Assembly: GCA_052426225.1 (NCBI GenBank)
Contig: JBNJNM010000019.1
Location: 95,184-159,183 of the forward strand
Length of the DNA: 64,000 nucleotides
Direction: 5' to 3'
From: Zancudomyces culisetae HAW-14-8
Lineage: Eukaryota; Fungi; Kickxellomycota
Shown here: positions 25,325 to 37,779 of the stretch, piece by piece
Layout of the letters: each line of letters begins with the position of its first letter
How positions within the stretch are numbered: the first letter of the stretch is position 1
Program-made: the position numbers and the translations under genes
Notes under the pieces: model-generated
Told to the model about the DNA's origin: nothing
Seen by the model: the letters and a program-made list of their open reading frames with translations, nothing else
Databases searched by the model: none

Positions 25325-28300
25325 TTACGACAATAAAAATCCAGATTTCGAGTTTATTGCATATAGGAGCTTCTCTTTCAAGACAGCGCGGTTAGAGTAA
25401 ACGGGGAGTTTTAGCAGGTTAACACATGTGGAAGAGGAGGGCAGCCTACCGCATTTAAACTCGTACTCAAAAGAGCCGGCTTCAAGCTGGTTGGTGGAGC
25501 TGGAGCCAGGGCTAGAGCTTGGGTTATGGTCTGGCCCAGAAACATTGGGGGACTGTTCGGTGGTTAGCGGAATTCCCTGAATACAGAACTTAGGGTTGAG
25601 ATTGGAAAACCCACCCTGTGGAGGCAGCTCGCTGCTTGTAACAAACTTGAGTAGCAACCTCTTTTCATTGTCTTGCAGCGAGTTTTCAACAATATCCCAA
25701 AACATTTCAATAGTCTTTAGGTGTTTTTTTCTATCCTCTTCCACTTTTCCCTTTGCTCTTTCACTGTCAGCTGTAAATGCGCCAAAATAATTATTCGGTT
25801 GGGGTTGATCAAAAAGACCAGAGTAAACTGTGTTTGCCTTCCAGTCAGCTATATCAATAGAACTATAACAGCTCGACCCATTTAGCAGTTCCATTCCCTC
25901 AGAATAGTTTGTCATACCTGTCAAAAAGGTATTAAGCTCATTGGGACTTGCAAACAAAGCTCTATAGAAACTAAATGGTGTAATTGAAAATACACCATCT
26001 AAAAACGCCATCTGTGACTCACTAAAATTCAAGTTATTCAGCTTAAAGCTAACCATTTGGTGGATGTAGTATTCAACAGACTCGTTCGTAACTTGCTTGA
26101 AGTTATTGAAGTTTTCTCTAGTTAATTTGACCAGAAGAAAATCAACTCCATATTTCCCCTTAGAACCGCCATCATAGTTAATAACATTGAAATTCAAGTT
26201 TTCAAGTTCAGTGCTATGTTTTTTAAGCCCTAGAGTGTCTAAATCATAAACAAAGCTTTTATCTGCAGAGACGGTAAAGTCTAATCCGTAAAGCAGATCC
26301 ACCTGTGAAGCTTTGTCCTTAGATTTAGTATATAATTCAACCAATCCCTTATAAAGCTCATAGTCATATTCGGCCAAATCTTCAAGCCCAAATGACAGTC
26401 CCAACCAGCGTTTTAAGAAAAAGTCCGAAAATCTTAATGGAAGCTTAACCAGGCGGTAATTAACTAGCGTTTTTGCTACAATTGCCCCCGAGTATCGCAA
26501 CATCTGACATCTCTCCTCTCTTCCTCCCTCACTGCCATTGACAAATTCAGTGGGGTGCAATCTGTATTGCTGTTGTTTTTCTACTGAATTTCCACCAACG
26601 TCTGTGATACTTTCCGTATTTTCAGTTAAGGAGAATAAATTGTTTTTGATGTCAAAAATATAGTCTTGAGTAGACTCCATAAACTCTCTGTACACACCTC
26701 CTCCATCAATCCCTGGCTCGTTAAACCCATGTGCATCTATAAAATTGATTTTGAAATCCAACTTGAAGCCATCTCCTGGTGAAAGATGATTAATCATCGA
26801 AGAATAATGGTAGTTTTCATTGTGCTCGTTGTCAGTACTCTGTGCATTGCCCAAGAGAATGGGACTCAATACGTTAAACCCATCATAAAACACTTTGTCT
26901 CTCCTCACAGTTAGCGCTACACCTTGATCCAAATGCATAGATGAATGAAGAAACATTGATGAGCCCCGGTGCTGATTGATATAAAACTCGTATATCAGTG
27001 TTCTTATCCTCCCCATATCTTTTCCAATAAGAGCATTAAAAATTGTTACTCGCTCATTTAGTGGAATTACAAATGGCATTTCCATCAAGACTTGTATCCG
27101 ATTGTTTATAGTCGACAATGATTTCCCGCTACCGAGGTTAAAACTGTGTACATTCGAACCCACACTATTCGCCCCATTTGCAAAGCCAGACCCACTGGTT
27201 CCCATACTTCCGTTGCGAGACCCCTCCCTCCGCTCTGTGTCAGTTATACTACCATCCTTTTTCTCACCACTCTCCTCGTTGCTGTTATCACTATCATACT
27301 CACCATCATCATCATCATCATCATCAATATCCATTGCATCTTTATTTTTTTTTGCAAGGGTATGTTCAAGTGTACTCAGATAGTTTGTAAATTCTTGATC
27401 GTTTACTATTTTGCTGCTATATCCACCAATAGACAATTGCTGGTACCCACCAATTACCCAGGCATGCTTTGTTCCTGTCCATTTTGTTTTTTCATCCAGT
27501 AAAAAGAGTTTGTATGCCAATGCCACACTTATCTTTTTTAGTCTAGCAAAGTTGCTGCCTTCAACTTTGATTTTGTCTATACCCCTCCACACTATTATAA
27601 ACCCGATATTTCTGGCCACTCTTCCCAACCTTCTCATTCCATCTACACTTAACAATATTTCGGGTCCGATGGATTTGCCATTATTGTGGCCAATCAGATC
27701 CAAAAATTCATAACATGTAGTTCTATTGACCTTCTCAAAGACCAACTTCATTAAAAGCTCCAATACCCCCCATTTATCTCTATTCATCTCTATACTCCCA
27801 TTTTTTTCAAATGTATTTTTACTAAAGAGTAGCCCCGATTGAAATACATCTGTTGAATATTTATCCGCATTAACCCTCTCTTCACTTAGATTTACAACAA
27901 GCTCCTCGTCTTTGACTATACTCCACATTTCCTCCAAAATCTCTTCGCCCTTTGCGCTATCTAATATAATCATTCTTATGGTCCTCTCTACAGTTTCTTT
28001 GCTTCTCAACATCAGCTTCACAATATAGTTGATTACTTTGAATTTATAACTTTCTGAAACAGTATCCGTTACTATAATGCTCAGTATTCTTTCTATCATT
28101 TCTTGTTCAAAAATCCCTTTGACCATCTTGTACTGTTTGTGGGTATCTTTGTTTGCAATGCTTTTTAGATTGTCTATCCATAAATCTGTTGCCTCTAAGT
28201 ATAAACCCATCCACCCTTCATTCCCACCATTTTCTAGTTTTATTCGTGGTATTATGAATCCTGCTATGTTGCTAAGAACATTGAGTCCTGTCGCTTCACG

Positions 28301-29344
28301 GTCATTTTGCAAATTGCGTCCCACCTTTTCTATTTCTATTATTTTTTTTAATATAGCCCACCATGCCCTTTCTTTTGCAGCTATCTCCAGAACTGCATTC
28401 TGGACACGTATTTGTAGAGGACCTATTAAATATACGAACCCGGGCCTGACTCTTGCCAGCTTCACAGCCAACCCACCAACTTTTGTTACGATTCCTCCCA
28501 CTATATACTTAATAGTGTTTTTCGATTGTTCTGGATCGTTTTCTGTGCCATCGGCATCTTCAAAGGCCTTTATAATCAAGTAGGATACAAGACCAAGCAC
28601 ATTCACACAAATTTCATCTTTATTCAAATAATACTGCTCAAGAAGTTGACCCAAACTCCAAAGGTACCCTTCGGTAGCATTCAAGTCGGAGTAGAATTGG
28701 CATTCCTGTGACCCTAGTCTTATTATTACTTTCAATATATTTAGCAGCGTCTCTGCTCGCTCTTGAGAATCTAATATTTGATAATTATCAAATCCTGCAT
28801 CGCCCTTTGTCATCTTTCTCAAAAATACTTTTAAAACGCCAGCAAGTAAATGAATTTTGTAAATTTTGTTGCCTATATATTCATTTTCTGAATTCTTGCT
28901 AGGATTAAAATCGGAATCCGCATTTACAGCCTCAATATTACCAAATTCGCGTTCCTCGATCATTTTAAGAACCCTTCTTAATAGCATATTGTCTTGTTTT
29001 GTTCTTATCCCCCTAAAAACCACGCTAGATTTTAGTAAGACTTCTAAATAATGATATTGTAGCTTGTAATTGGACCCATTTTCCTTAGTACTTTCATATT
29101 CAAGAATTTCGGATTCCAACCCCTTTTCTTGAAGCACATAAAATGCCCTCCTTTCCACCGCTCTCCGATATTGCGCCTGAATAACCGAGGCTGCTTTGTT
29201 TCTTTGTCTCTCATTCTCTCTTCTTTCCCTTTCTCTAATCGCATTCTTGTACACATCTTTGATACCAGCACTGCCAAGTTTCTCTTTTTTACCACCAAGA
29301 CTTATCCTTGGGGTATTTTTTGTTGAGCCTGTAAACGAGTACAT
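25325..29344 (-). CDS. HUL5: IQ-HECT E3 ubiquitin ligase (Hul5/UBE3C family)
   Basis: IQ motif AASVIQAQYRR, MPFVIPLNERV, EPGIDGGGVYREF, LLKFVTS, RLPSSSTCVNLLKLPVY. Confidence 0.9.
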   Translation of the reverse strand: MYSFTGSTKNTPRISLGGKKEKLGSAGIKDVYKNAIRERERRENERQRNKAASVIQAQYRRAVERRAFYVLQEKGLESEILEYESTKENGSNYKLQYHYLEVLLKSSVVFRGIRTKQDNMLLRRVLKMIEEREFGNIEAVNADSDFNPSKNSENEYIGNKIYKIHLLAGVLKVFLRKMTKGDAGFDNYQILDSQERAETLLNILKVIIRLGSQECQFYSDLNATEGYLWSLGQLLEQYYLNKDEICVNVLGLVSYLIIKAFEDADGTENDPEQSKNTIKYIVGGIVTKVGGLAVKLARVRPGFVYLIGPLQIRVQNAVLEIAAKERAWWAILKKIIEIEKVGRNLQNDREATGLNVLSNIAGFIIPRIKLENGGNEGWMGLYLEATDLWIDNLKSIANKDTHKQYKMVKGIFEQEMIERILSIIVTDTVSESYKFKVINYIVKLMLRSKETVERTIRMIILDSAKGEEILEEMWSIVKDEELVVNLSEERVNADKYSTDVFQSGLLFSKNTFEKNGSIEMNRDKWGVLELLMKLVFEKVNRTTCYEFLDLIGHNNGKSIGPEILLSVDGMRRLGRVARNIGFIIVWRGIDKIKVEGSNFARLKKISVALAYKLFLLDEKTKWTGTKHAWVIGGYQQLSIGGYSSKIVNDQEFTNYLSTLEHTLAKKNKDAMDIDDDDDDDGEYDSDNSNEESGEKKDGSITDTERREGSRNGSMGTSGSGFANGANSVGSNVHSFNLGSGKSLSTINNRIQVLMEMPFVIPLNERVTIFNALIGKDMGRIRTLIYEFYINQHRGSSMFLHSSMHLDQGVALTVRRDKVFYDGFNVLSPILLGNAQSTDNEHNENYHYSSMINHLSPGDGFKLDFKINFIDAHGFNEPGIDGGGVYREFMESTQDYIFDIKNNLFSLTENTESITDVGGNSVEKQQQYRLHPTEFVNGSEGGREERCQMLRYSGAIVAKTLVNYRLVKLPLRFSDFFLKRWLGLSFGLEDLAEYDYELYKGLVELYTKSKDKASQVDLLYGLDFTVSADKSFVYDLDTLGLKKHSTELENLNFNVINYDGGSKGKYGVDFLLVKLTRENFNNFKQVTNESVEYYIHQMVSFKLNNLNFSESQMAFLDGVFSITPFSFYRALFASPNELNTFLTGMTNYSEGMELLNGSSCYSSIDIADWKANTVYSGLFDQPQPNNYFGAFTADSERAKGKVEEDRKKHLKTIEMFWDIVENSLQDNEKRLLLKFVTSSELPPQGGFSNLNPKFCIQGIPLTTEQSPNVSGPDHNPSSSPGSSSTNQLEAGSFEYEFKCGRLPSSSTCVNLLKLPVYSNRAVLKEKLLYAINSKSGFLLS

Positions 29345-29983
29345 TTTGTATATTGTTCTTATAAAGCACTTTAAATCCTCTGTTGCTGCACACCTCCTTC
29401 TTTAATAAATTAAACTAGTAAAAAAAATATTGTGTCGTGGTAAAATTAATTTGGATTGATTCCTGCCTGTGATATGTTGTGAGTTAGAAAAAAGAGGAAA
29501 CACTCTTATACTTACGTGTGACAATGTTTAATTCTAAAGGCAATAATTTTTTTGTTGATTGTACTTCTCCTTGTGTACTATCTGTCTATTTCTGTGTATT
29601 TAGTACTGAACCCAATCCATCAAATTTGCTTTTAGCTGTTAGTTCTGGCTAACATCAGTTAAGAAGTGTTTGCACTTTTTGACAATAACAAATAACATTG
29701 TTCAATCTGCATTAATATCCTCAAAAGTGACAAATCTATTCGTTATTTTCTGAAAATGTCATAGGATAAAGCTAACTAATCTTAGTCGAAATATAGCAAC
29801 GGTTATAATTTTTTCACAGATTTATTTACCCAATAAGCACGCATTAGTGTTTCAATAAAAATTGCGGCACGAAAATGAAAAAAAAATTTCCATCAAAAAA
29901 TCTCGATGGTTTAAAAAAAAAAAAGTGATTTCCATTTCTTCCAACTCAAGATTTTGAAGAACCGAGAACAAGTTTCCACTCAT

Positions 29984-30316
29984 GTAAGTATTAACATTAA
30001 TTGATCATAAGGTAGCCGACTTCAACTCTGAGGCATATATCTGTATATCATAATGAATTTGCTATGACATGCTACGCTCGAACCTTTTTTACGCGTTCGA
30101 ATGTATATTATTTTGCTGATTACATTTTGGATTCAAAATTATCAGAGTGGTTAGTGGTTTAATTTGGTTTGGGTTGTAAAGTTGTTAATCTTTATGGATT
30201 CAATTTTATATCAGAGCTATGGGCTGTTAATTCGGAAATTTTCTATTTTGATTATTTTGTGGTAATTAGATTTAAAGCATTTAACTAATAATACCAACTG
30301 GTATACTATCTTATAG
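29984..30316 (+). other. Probable 5'UTR intron of RPS12
   Basis: GTAAGT donor, ACTAAT branch-like site and TTATAG acceptor upstream of the ATG at 30422. Confidence 0.55.
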
Positions 30317-30421
30317 TAAAGACGTCTGGAGATTTAGAAATCGCTATCAACTTTTCGAACAACGAAAATTGTATATTCAGTCCGCTTTTTCAATAACCAA
30401 CAAAACGAAAAATAAGTAAAA

Positions 30422-30856
30422 ATGTCTTCAGAAGGAGATGTCGTGGCAACTAACAACGAGGTTGAGGTAGTCTCAACTTCAATGAAATCAGGAATGTCTG
30501 TTGAGGATGCTCTCCAACAGGTCTTGAAGAAGGCTTTGATCCACGGTGGTTTGGCCAGAGGATTGAGAGAATCAGTAAAGGCTCTCGATCGTCGTGATGC
30601 ATACCTTTGTGTATTGTGCGAGGCCTGCGAACAAGCCGAGATTGTTACATTGGTTGAGGCTCTTTGTGCCGAACACAAGATCCACCTCATCAAGGTCAGC
30701 GATGCCAAGAAATTGGGTGAATGGGCTGGTCTATGCAAGGTCGATCGTGAGGGTAACGCAAGAAAGGTCGTAGGTGCCAGTGTTGTCGTTGTTAGAAACT
30801 GGGGTGAGGAATCAGAGGGACGTGATGTTTTGCTTGAACACTTCAAGACCCACTAA
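30422..30856 (+). CDS. RPS12: 40S ribosomal protein eS12
   Basis: [44 protein letters not shown]. Confidence 0.97.
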   Translation: MSSEGDVVATNNEVEVVSTSMKSGMSVEDALQQVLKKALIHGGLARGLRESVKALDRRDAYLCVLCEACEQAEIVTLVEALCAEHKIHLIKVSDAKKLGEWAGLCKVDREGNARKVVGASVVVVRNWGEESEGRDVLLEHFKTH

Positions 30857-31738
30857 ATCTAGCCACTGCTGTTTAGACTTTTTTTTAAATTTGTTTTGCA
30901 TTTTAAATAAAAGGTATTAAACAAAAGGATCCTACTAGTAGATTTTCAATATTTTCACAAGTATATCTCAAACGATCCTCAGTATGGAGAATATGGGATT
31001 GTATTCCCAATTTGTAAGGTAATAGTTTTTGCTTTTACCTTAATGGCTTTGGAGCAATTGAGGCATGTCTATATCTAACACTGTACTTTCGGCTGGAGCA
31101 CGAGGTTCTATGTACCATTGTGAGAGCTGATGGAAAATATAGATGTTCAGCTAAATTGGAGTTTGTAATTTTGCTCTTTTCGTATCCCTGGTTTATTATC
31201 ATAATAGACCAAGTAAAATAGACAAAGGCTATGAACTCTTCGATTTCACCAGCCCGTTTTCGCGTGTCCATCTTGTATTTTGATTAACTTCTTGATACCC
31301 CCATTATATTATGTCCTGTTTTATTTATTTAGTATACATATATACAAAGTGTGGAGTACTTTTATTGGCTCAATGGCGCATCCTTAAAAGGATAACAATA
31401 TTTGACCCTGTTTAGTATGCTTTATTAAAAAGCATTTTTCACACTAGTTACGAAAACAATATAAAATATTACCCGGTGTTATTAGAGTAAGTATAGTTTT
31501 GTCCTTTTTTTTTTGTTGTCAATGTTGATTTATTTAGGTCAAATTTGCTGTTTAGCTTAAACACCATATTTCCAATGGCTCACACTTCGAATTTCTTATA
31601 AACCCCCTATCTCGCTTTTTTTACCTTAACAATTAGATTCTATCTTGTACCTTTTAAATTCAATTGAAACATTAGTAAAACATTATAGTAACAAACATTA
31701 GTATTGACCTTGCAACTGAGTTTATAAAACTAATTGAA

Positions 31739-33430
31739 ATGAGTTATCTTGATAATCCTGCTACTACCTTTGACAAACTTGAGGAGGATTTAGTTGAAGA
31801 TTGTAAAGAAGTGATGGTTTTTGGACGAAAATCGAGTTCGGAGTGCAAAGTAGCAGTCGTTAATAACTATCTAAAAAAAGTTGACAGACGTATTGTTCCA
31901 ATACTCTCTCTACTATACTTTGGGGCCTTGTTGGACTCTACCAACATAGGCTCTGCACTGATAATGGGACTGCAAAGCGACCTTGAGCTTGTGAATACAG
32001 ATATTGTGTTATCTATTATTCTTTTCTACGTATCATATGTCATATTTGAAGGTGAATCTTTTTAAACTAACTTATAAATACCATATTGGAGCAGTGTGGA
32101 TCTTTTTTTAGCTATTATTCCTGTAATTGGTCGCCCATACTAATTTTATTTAAAAGTCAGTTTACTATATGATAAATCAAATATAGTTCCAGCAAACTTA
32201 ATGTTAAAGTACCTTCAACCGCGGAACTGGTTTTCGATTATTGCAATATCTTGGTCAATATGCACAATCCTTTTGGTTGTAATAAAAAGCGGAGCCGGTT
32301 TTGTAGCTATAAGAGCTCTAATGGGTGCTTTAGAGGCAGGATTAAGCCCTGGTGTGGTTACATATTTACCATTCTGGTACACGCTTGACGAAATTCCAGT
32401 AAGAATGCTTATGTTTTATACAGCCATGGCGTTAGCTGGAGCATTCGGATCACCAATTGCGTATTTACTGAGCGAATTACCTGTAAGTAGCAAGAATACG
32501 TATAGACAATGTGTATGTATATAACTTTACACTATTTATGTTTGTTTTTTAAAAACATAGATCCAAGGGTTATTTAAATATCAGCGAATATTTTTGTTTG
32601 AAGGAATAATGACTCTACTTGTTGGGATTTTAGCCTTTTTTGTACTCCATAATCACCCAGAAACATCTACAATGCTAACAGAGGAAGAGCGTATTATTTC
32701 TACAAGGCGTATTCGCGAATCGCATGGATTGGCGACAAAGGCCAAGATAAATATAAAGCAAATGTCAAAAGATATAAGAGAGTGGAAATTGATTCCTTTT
32801 ACAATTATGCTTTTCAGCATCAACTATGCAATTAGTGTTGTTGGTATATTTGGACCGACGCTCATAAATAACATGGGCTTTTCAACAAAAGTATCATTAC
32901 TCCTCTCTTCTTTACCAGCTTTAACTTCTTTGTTTATGCTATTTGTATCCATCAGGCTGGTAAAAATAATCCCATATTACCTCCTTATTACACTTAATTG
33001 TACTGTGATCATAATAGCTTATAGTATAGTTGGGTTTTTCGGGGGACCTGTATTAAAAATAATATGTTTAGCTCTTGGTGGATTTGGTGGAATCCCCAAT
33101 CTATCTATAATGATGACATGGGCATCGGTAAACATGGGAGGAACAGCAAAGAGATTGATATCAATTGCTGCTATATGCACACTTTCCTCGGTGGGAAATA
33201 TGACAGCACCTGTGCTATTTACTGGAAGCTACGCACCTAAGTTCCTTGAGGGCGGGCTTTTATTGATTGCGTCGCAAGTGGGATCTATAATGAGCGCCTT
33301 GGTATTGGGATATCACTTCAAACACACGAATAAATACAGAGATGAGCATCCAGTTAGCGTTTCTCATCTTACCGAAGGGGAGCAAGTAGAATTGAACGAC
33401 TATCATCCTAACTTTAGATACAGATTATGA
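31739..33430 (+). CDS. MFS transporter (Dal5/Tna1 anion:cation symporter family); exons 31739-32051, 32187-32482, 32561-33430
   Basis: KKVDRRIVPIL, LDSTNIG, spliced FEVPANL, GALEAG, FWYT..E..R, FEG, C-terminal HPNFRYRL; two GT-AG introns keep the frame. Confidence 0.92.
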
Positions 33431-35134
33431 AGATACTCTTTTTTACGCACTTTAGCATTTTAAACCATTTCTGCTGCGTCTTATAAAATCTCAGACCAAG
33501 TCACAAATACCTAAGCGATAAAACTTCCAATCCTCCTGCTAAATAGTATATTTATCTAGCAAAAAAAAAATGGTCAGACATTAGGTTCTGGAATTTATTT
33601 AGCACCTATTAATTATGTCTTGTAAGGAGACACAGGTGAAAAAAACATTTACACTGTTATATTTTAAACAAATATTCCCACAAAACGTCTTTATGAAGAG
33701 TGGGCGCACAACTATACCCTAGGTGTAGATATATGTGTTCTTTAAAATTTATATATGTCTCAGCCTTGTGTTTTGGCACACGTTCTTATCATACGAGTAT
33801 GTGGGATCTGTTTCAAACTCACTTATTTTCACTTGTAACTGGTGCTTCCTTTAACAAGCATAAAAAGGATGGCATGTTGCGCCATGTGTATTTGTTTGCG
33901 CATCATGAGCATTTGAAAAACAAATTTTTGTACTTGGCTACGAGTACATAATAGAATTATCTTGACTAGATGTATTCCCACAGGTTTACTTCGCCCCAAC
34001 AGAAAAAATAATTAAAATGTTAATTGATCTATTATCTTTATTCCCCCAAACAAAAAACATTTGGCCTTTATAAAGCTCTCTCTTCTCCCTTTGATGAGCT
34101 TGATAACATTGTAACACAAATTTTAATTTACGGGTAAACTAAGTAGTTGATTATAAGTGAGATGTGGCATGTGGTTTATGGTCAGATGTAAAGTGGTCAA
34201 AAAATAAATAATCTAAAGGTAAACAAAACAAGTGTGTCAAACTTGACTCCATACTCTCAAACTCCCTGATGTTTGACTCAAGTTACTTTATTTTTGTAAA
34301 ATGCTTTCTTCTATAGAGACCCACTATCTTGTAATATAGTAGCCCTAATATTAAAATAACATTTCCTAAAATCTTTGCTTCTTAGCTTATTTGCCGTTTT
34401 GTCATTATCTTTTCGCTTTTTGTATACAATCTTGTTTGAAAACCAGAACTTTTTTTTCTCTAAAAGCTCGAGTTCCATCTGATAATAAGTAGTAAAACGT
34501 AATTAATCAATATAATTCTAAAACAAGAGTTTACCCTTGTCTGACAAAAGGTATGCAAATTCGTAATTAAGAAAATCTGCCTTCCCTAAATTTTGTTGTG
34601 TTTGTCATTATTAAAGATAATTAACAGTTTCTGTAACTTTTCCCTAGCAAAAACTAGTTCATTTATTAGAAATTTACTGTAAGTGGCCAATAAAAAATAT
34701 TAAAGATAATATAACAAATAGCTAACAGATTTGTTCTATAGTTTCAACAAATAACTGGTGGGTTTTTTTTTCCCTCAATCCAAGCAGCTGATGGCTAATT
34801 GAAGCGATATTAACTAAATAATAAAAACCAAGTAATAAATACTGGGGCTAGAATCCAATCACTTAATAGCCGAAAATCATAAATAAACCTGTTGTATGAA
34901 TTGAGGTGATTAAAGAACGTTGGAATTATTGCATAAAAACCAAAACGCCCAAGCCCAAGCTTTTATTTTTCTTTATGACATTATTTCAACTTTGAAGCAT
35001 AATCAAGTTAGCAAAGAAAAAGGCTCGAACACAAAGAGGGGCTTATATAGGCATCATTGGGGAACCTCTGAATCTCTAAATCACAACGACTTGGAAATTA
35101 CAATACCTACATTCAAATATTGCATGATCACAAT

Positions 35135-36205
35135 ATGGTCAAACAAAGTGAACAGAGCTACGTTTTGGTCACAGGCGGAACCGGATATATCGGCTCACAC
35201 ACAGTATTATCTCTGTTAGAAAATGGATACATGGTTGTTGTGGTGGATAATTTAGTAAACAGTGAGGTGGAGTCACTTAGAAGAGTAGAAAAGATACTCG
35301 GGCTAGACTGGGAAATACCCTTTTACAATATAGATCTACTCGAGTATGAAAAGCTAGATGCGCTGTTTAAAAAATATAATTTTCACCACGTGATACACTT
35401 TGCAGCCTTGAAAGCCGTTGGCGAATCTGTAGAAATTCCCCTCAGGTACTATGAAAACAACTTTTGTGGTACTTTAAACTTGCTAAAGGCAATGCAAGCC
35501 AACATGGTTAATAATATTGTCTTTTCTAGCTCGGCAACAGTGTACAAATATATCGATGGATCGAGGTTTAAGGAGGACTCGCCACTTGGATGCACCAGCC
35601 CATATGGACGTACAAAGTTGTTTATGGAGTCAGTCATAACCGACTTGTATCAAACAACCGTTGGGACTGAATCAGAAATGAACGTGGTTTTTCTAAGATA
35701 TTTCAATCCTGTCGGAGCACATCCCTCTGGGCTCATGGGTGAGGATCCTGGGCAACTCCCAAATAATCTGATGCCCTACGTTGCAAAAGTTGCTGTAGGA
35801 AAGTTAGATAAGGTTCATGTATTTGGATCTGATTATGACACACGAGACGGTACCGGTGTTCGAGATTATATTCATATAATGGATTTAGCAAGGGCCCATG
35901 TATACTCCTTGGATAAGATCAAGCAGGGATGTGGCCTAAGGATATACAACATTGGAAGTGGTTGTGGGTACTCCGTACTTGAGATGATCAAAGCAATGGA
36001 GAATGCATGTGGTCACAAAATCCCCTTTGTGGTAGACAAAAGGAGGGCAGGTGATGTCGACACAATAGTCTGCGACCCTAGTCTGGCAGAAGCCGATTTG
36101 AAATTTACTGTCCAGTATACTCTAGATGACATATGTAAAGACCTTTGGAGATGGCAGCAACTCAATCCAGATGGGTATTCCAAGGAGAACCGAGATCACG
36201 TGTGA
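35135..36205 (+). CDS. galE: UDP-glucose 4-epimerase (standalone GalE/Gal10 epimerase domain)
   Basis: VTGGTGYIGSHT, HFAALKAVGES, FSSSATVY, YGRTK, LRYFNPVGAHPSG, DGTGVRDYIH. Confidence 0.96.
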   Translation: MVKQSEQSYVLVTGGTGYIGSHTVLSLLENGYMVVVVDNLVNSEVESLRRVEKILGLDWEIPFYNIDLLEYEKLDALFKKYNFHHVIHFAALKAVGESVEIPLRYYENNFCGTLNLLKAMQANMVNNIVFSSSATVYKYIDGSRFKEDSPLGCTSPYGRTKLFMESVITDLYQTTVGTESEMNVVFLRYFNPVGAHPSGLMGEDPGQLPNNLMPYVAKVAVGKLDKVHVFGSDYDTRDGTGVRDYIHIMDLARAHVYSLDKIKQGCGLRIYNIGSGCGYSVLEMIKAMENACGHKIPFVVDKRRAGDVDTIVCDPSLAEADLKFTVQYTLDDICKDLWRWQQLNPDGYSKENRDHV

Positions 36206-36489
36206 TTTTTTTTCATTGTTGAATTGGTTTTTGCCTTGTACCATTTAACACATGATTTTATTTTTTTCTTGCTTAGTAGGCATTTTAGCTGTATGTATAC
36301 AGTAATTTTAATAGTCTAATATTGATAATCGTGCCTTTTTCGATGGAATCAGTAGACAATGTGTGATATCTAAGATGTAATATTTACTGACTTCTACTAA
36401 ACGCGAGATAGATACCGATGTGAGATAAAATCAAGAAAAAAGAACTCTCCTTTGGAGCAAGCCACATCAGGTTTTACAAATGCACAACA

Positions 36490-37700
36490 TAATCTGTAAC
36501 ATGTAGTAGATGTTATTTTGAATCAAATGTATTTTTCAGCTAAGAAGGTAGCTGAATTAATAGTTATACAGGTCACGGATCGCTTTATTAGTATTTTTTT
36601 TTGCTAACAAATTGTTTTTTATTACTACTTTTGAATTGCTAGTAATTACTAGATAAATGATACTTACTATTTACTCGTTTTTTTGTATATGTTAAATACA
36701 AGTTTCTAAGGGTGGCATTGTTCCCACTTTTTGATGTTTCTCTTTTATATTTCACCAATCGTTCAGGATTTCCAGTTTCTTGATAACAAAACTATTCCTT
36801 AGTTAGCTAGCAAAAAAAGTTATAGCCATCATACTACAACACATTTCTCACAATTTTAATATGCATATGTTATTATTAATCTGATATGATTTTCAACTAA
36901 TGTGATGACTGGGTTTGGTATAGTACTGGCCTAGCCAGTTATACTCAGGTCTCGGATCATTTGTCAGATCTGTTTTGCTGTTTAGAGTGTGTAACTACTT
37001 TTATTATTGTATAACAATAACAAACAATAAGCAAAGTGTACTGGCTACTACGTACTATATACGAAATAAGTTCGGTTAAACGAGACTTCCCTTTGTCTTT
37101 TCGCTATCTGCTCTCGTTTATACTCGCTGTTCGTTTTGTTGTTCAACCTTACTGACCTAGATCATTCTAAATTACTGATATCTCTTACTCTGATTGGTAG
37201 ATATATTCTGCTAATAAATCGTAATTGATTCGCTAGCAACAAGATTGTAGTCATTATACTGTAATATATAGTAGATGTAATAAGTTATCTGATACATTTT
37301 TCAGCTAATGTGATGGCTGAGTTTGGTATAGCACTGATTGTGTCAGTTATACTCAGGTCTCGGATCACTTAACTAGTTCTGTTTGCCGTAATATGAATGT
37401 TTTTAATAACTTTTATTATTGTTGTAATAATAATAAAACACTAAGTAAACTATCTCAATGTAGTGTTAATTTCAATTACTAAGTATGTAAAAAACGTATA
37501 TGTAAAGTATATTCTGTTAAGAAAGGCTAAAGATGCTATTTTCGTTGTCCGCTCTTGTTTTATTCGGTTTGTTATTCACTTTACTATCTTAGATCATTTT
37601 TACTATATATTCTGCTAGCTATCATTGGTAGTTATCTTCTACTAAGGAATCGCAATTGATTCGCTAACAAAAAGTATGTAGCCGTTATACTACATACATT
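36490..37700. repeat. About 3 diverged tandem copies of a ~410-bp unit containing a conserved hairpin
   Basis: Hairpin cores at 36901-36960 and 37309-37368 (offset 408) with a degenerate copy at ~36536-36583; other shared blocks include GCTAGCAA..TAG.C.T.ATACT and TAGATCATT. Confidence 0.85.
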
Positions 37701-37779
37701 AACCAAACCTACTCAAATAAAATAAAGCTATAAAAATGTCAAAATTCCCCCAATTAATAATAAAAAAATTAAAAAACAA

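Noticed and set aside
35135-36205. GAL gene cluster
   Set aside because: No galactokinase or uridylyltransferase nearby; the epimerase is standalone
36901-36960. Repeat hairpin as a C/D snoRNA, SECIS or CRISPR array
   Set aside because: GTGATGA is not conserved in the second copy, there is no terminal CTGA or apical AA motif, and the ~408-bp period with homologous spacers in a eukaryote is not CRISPR-like
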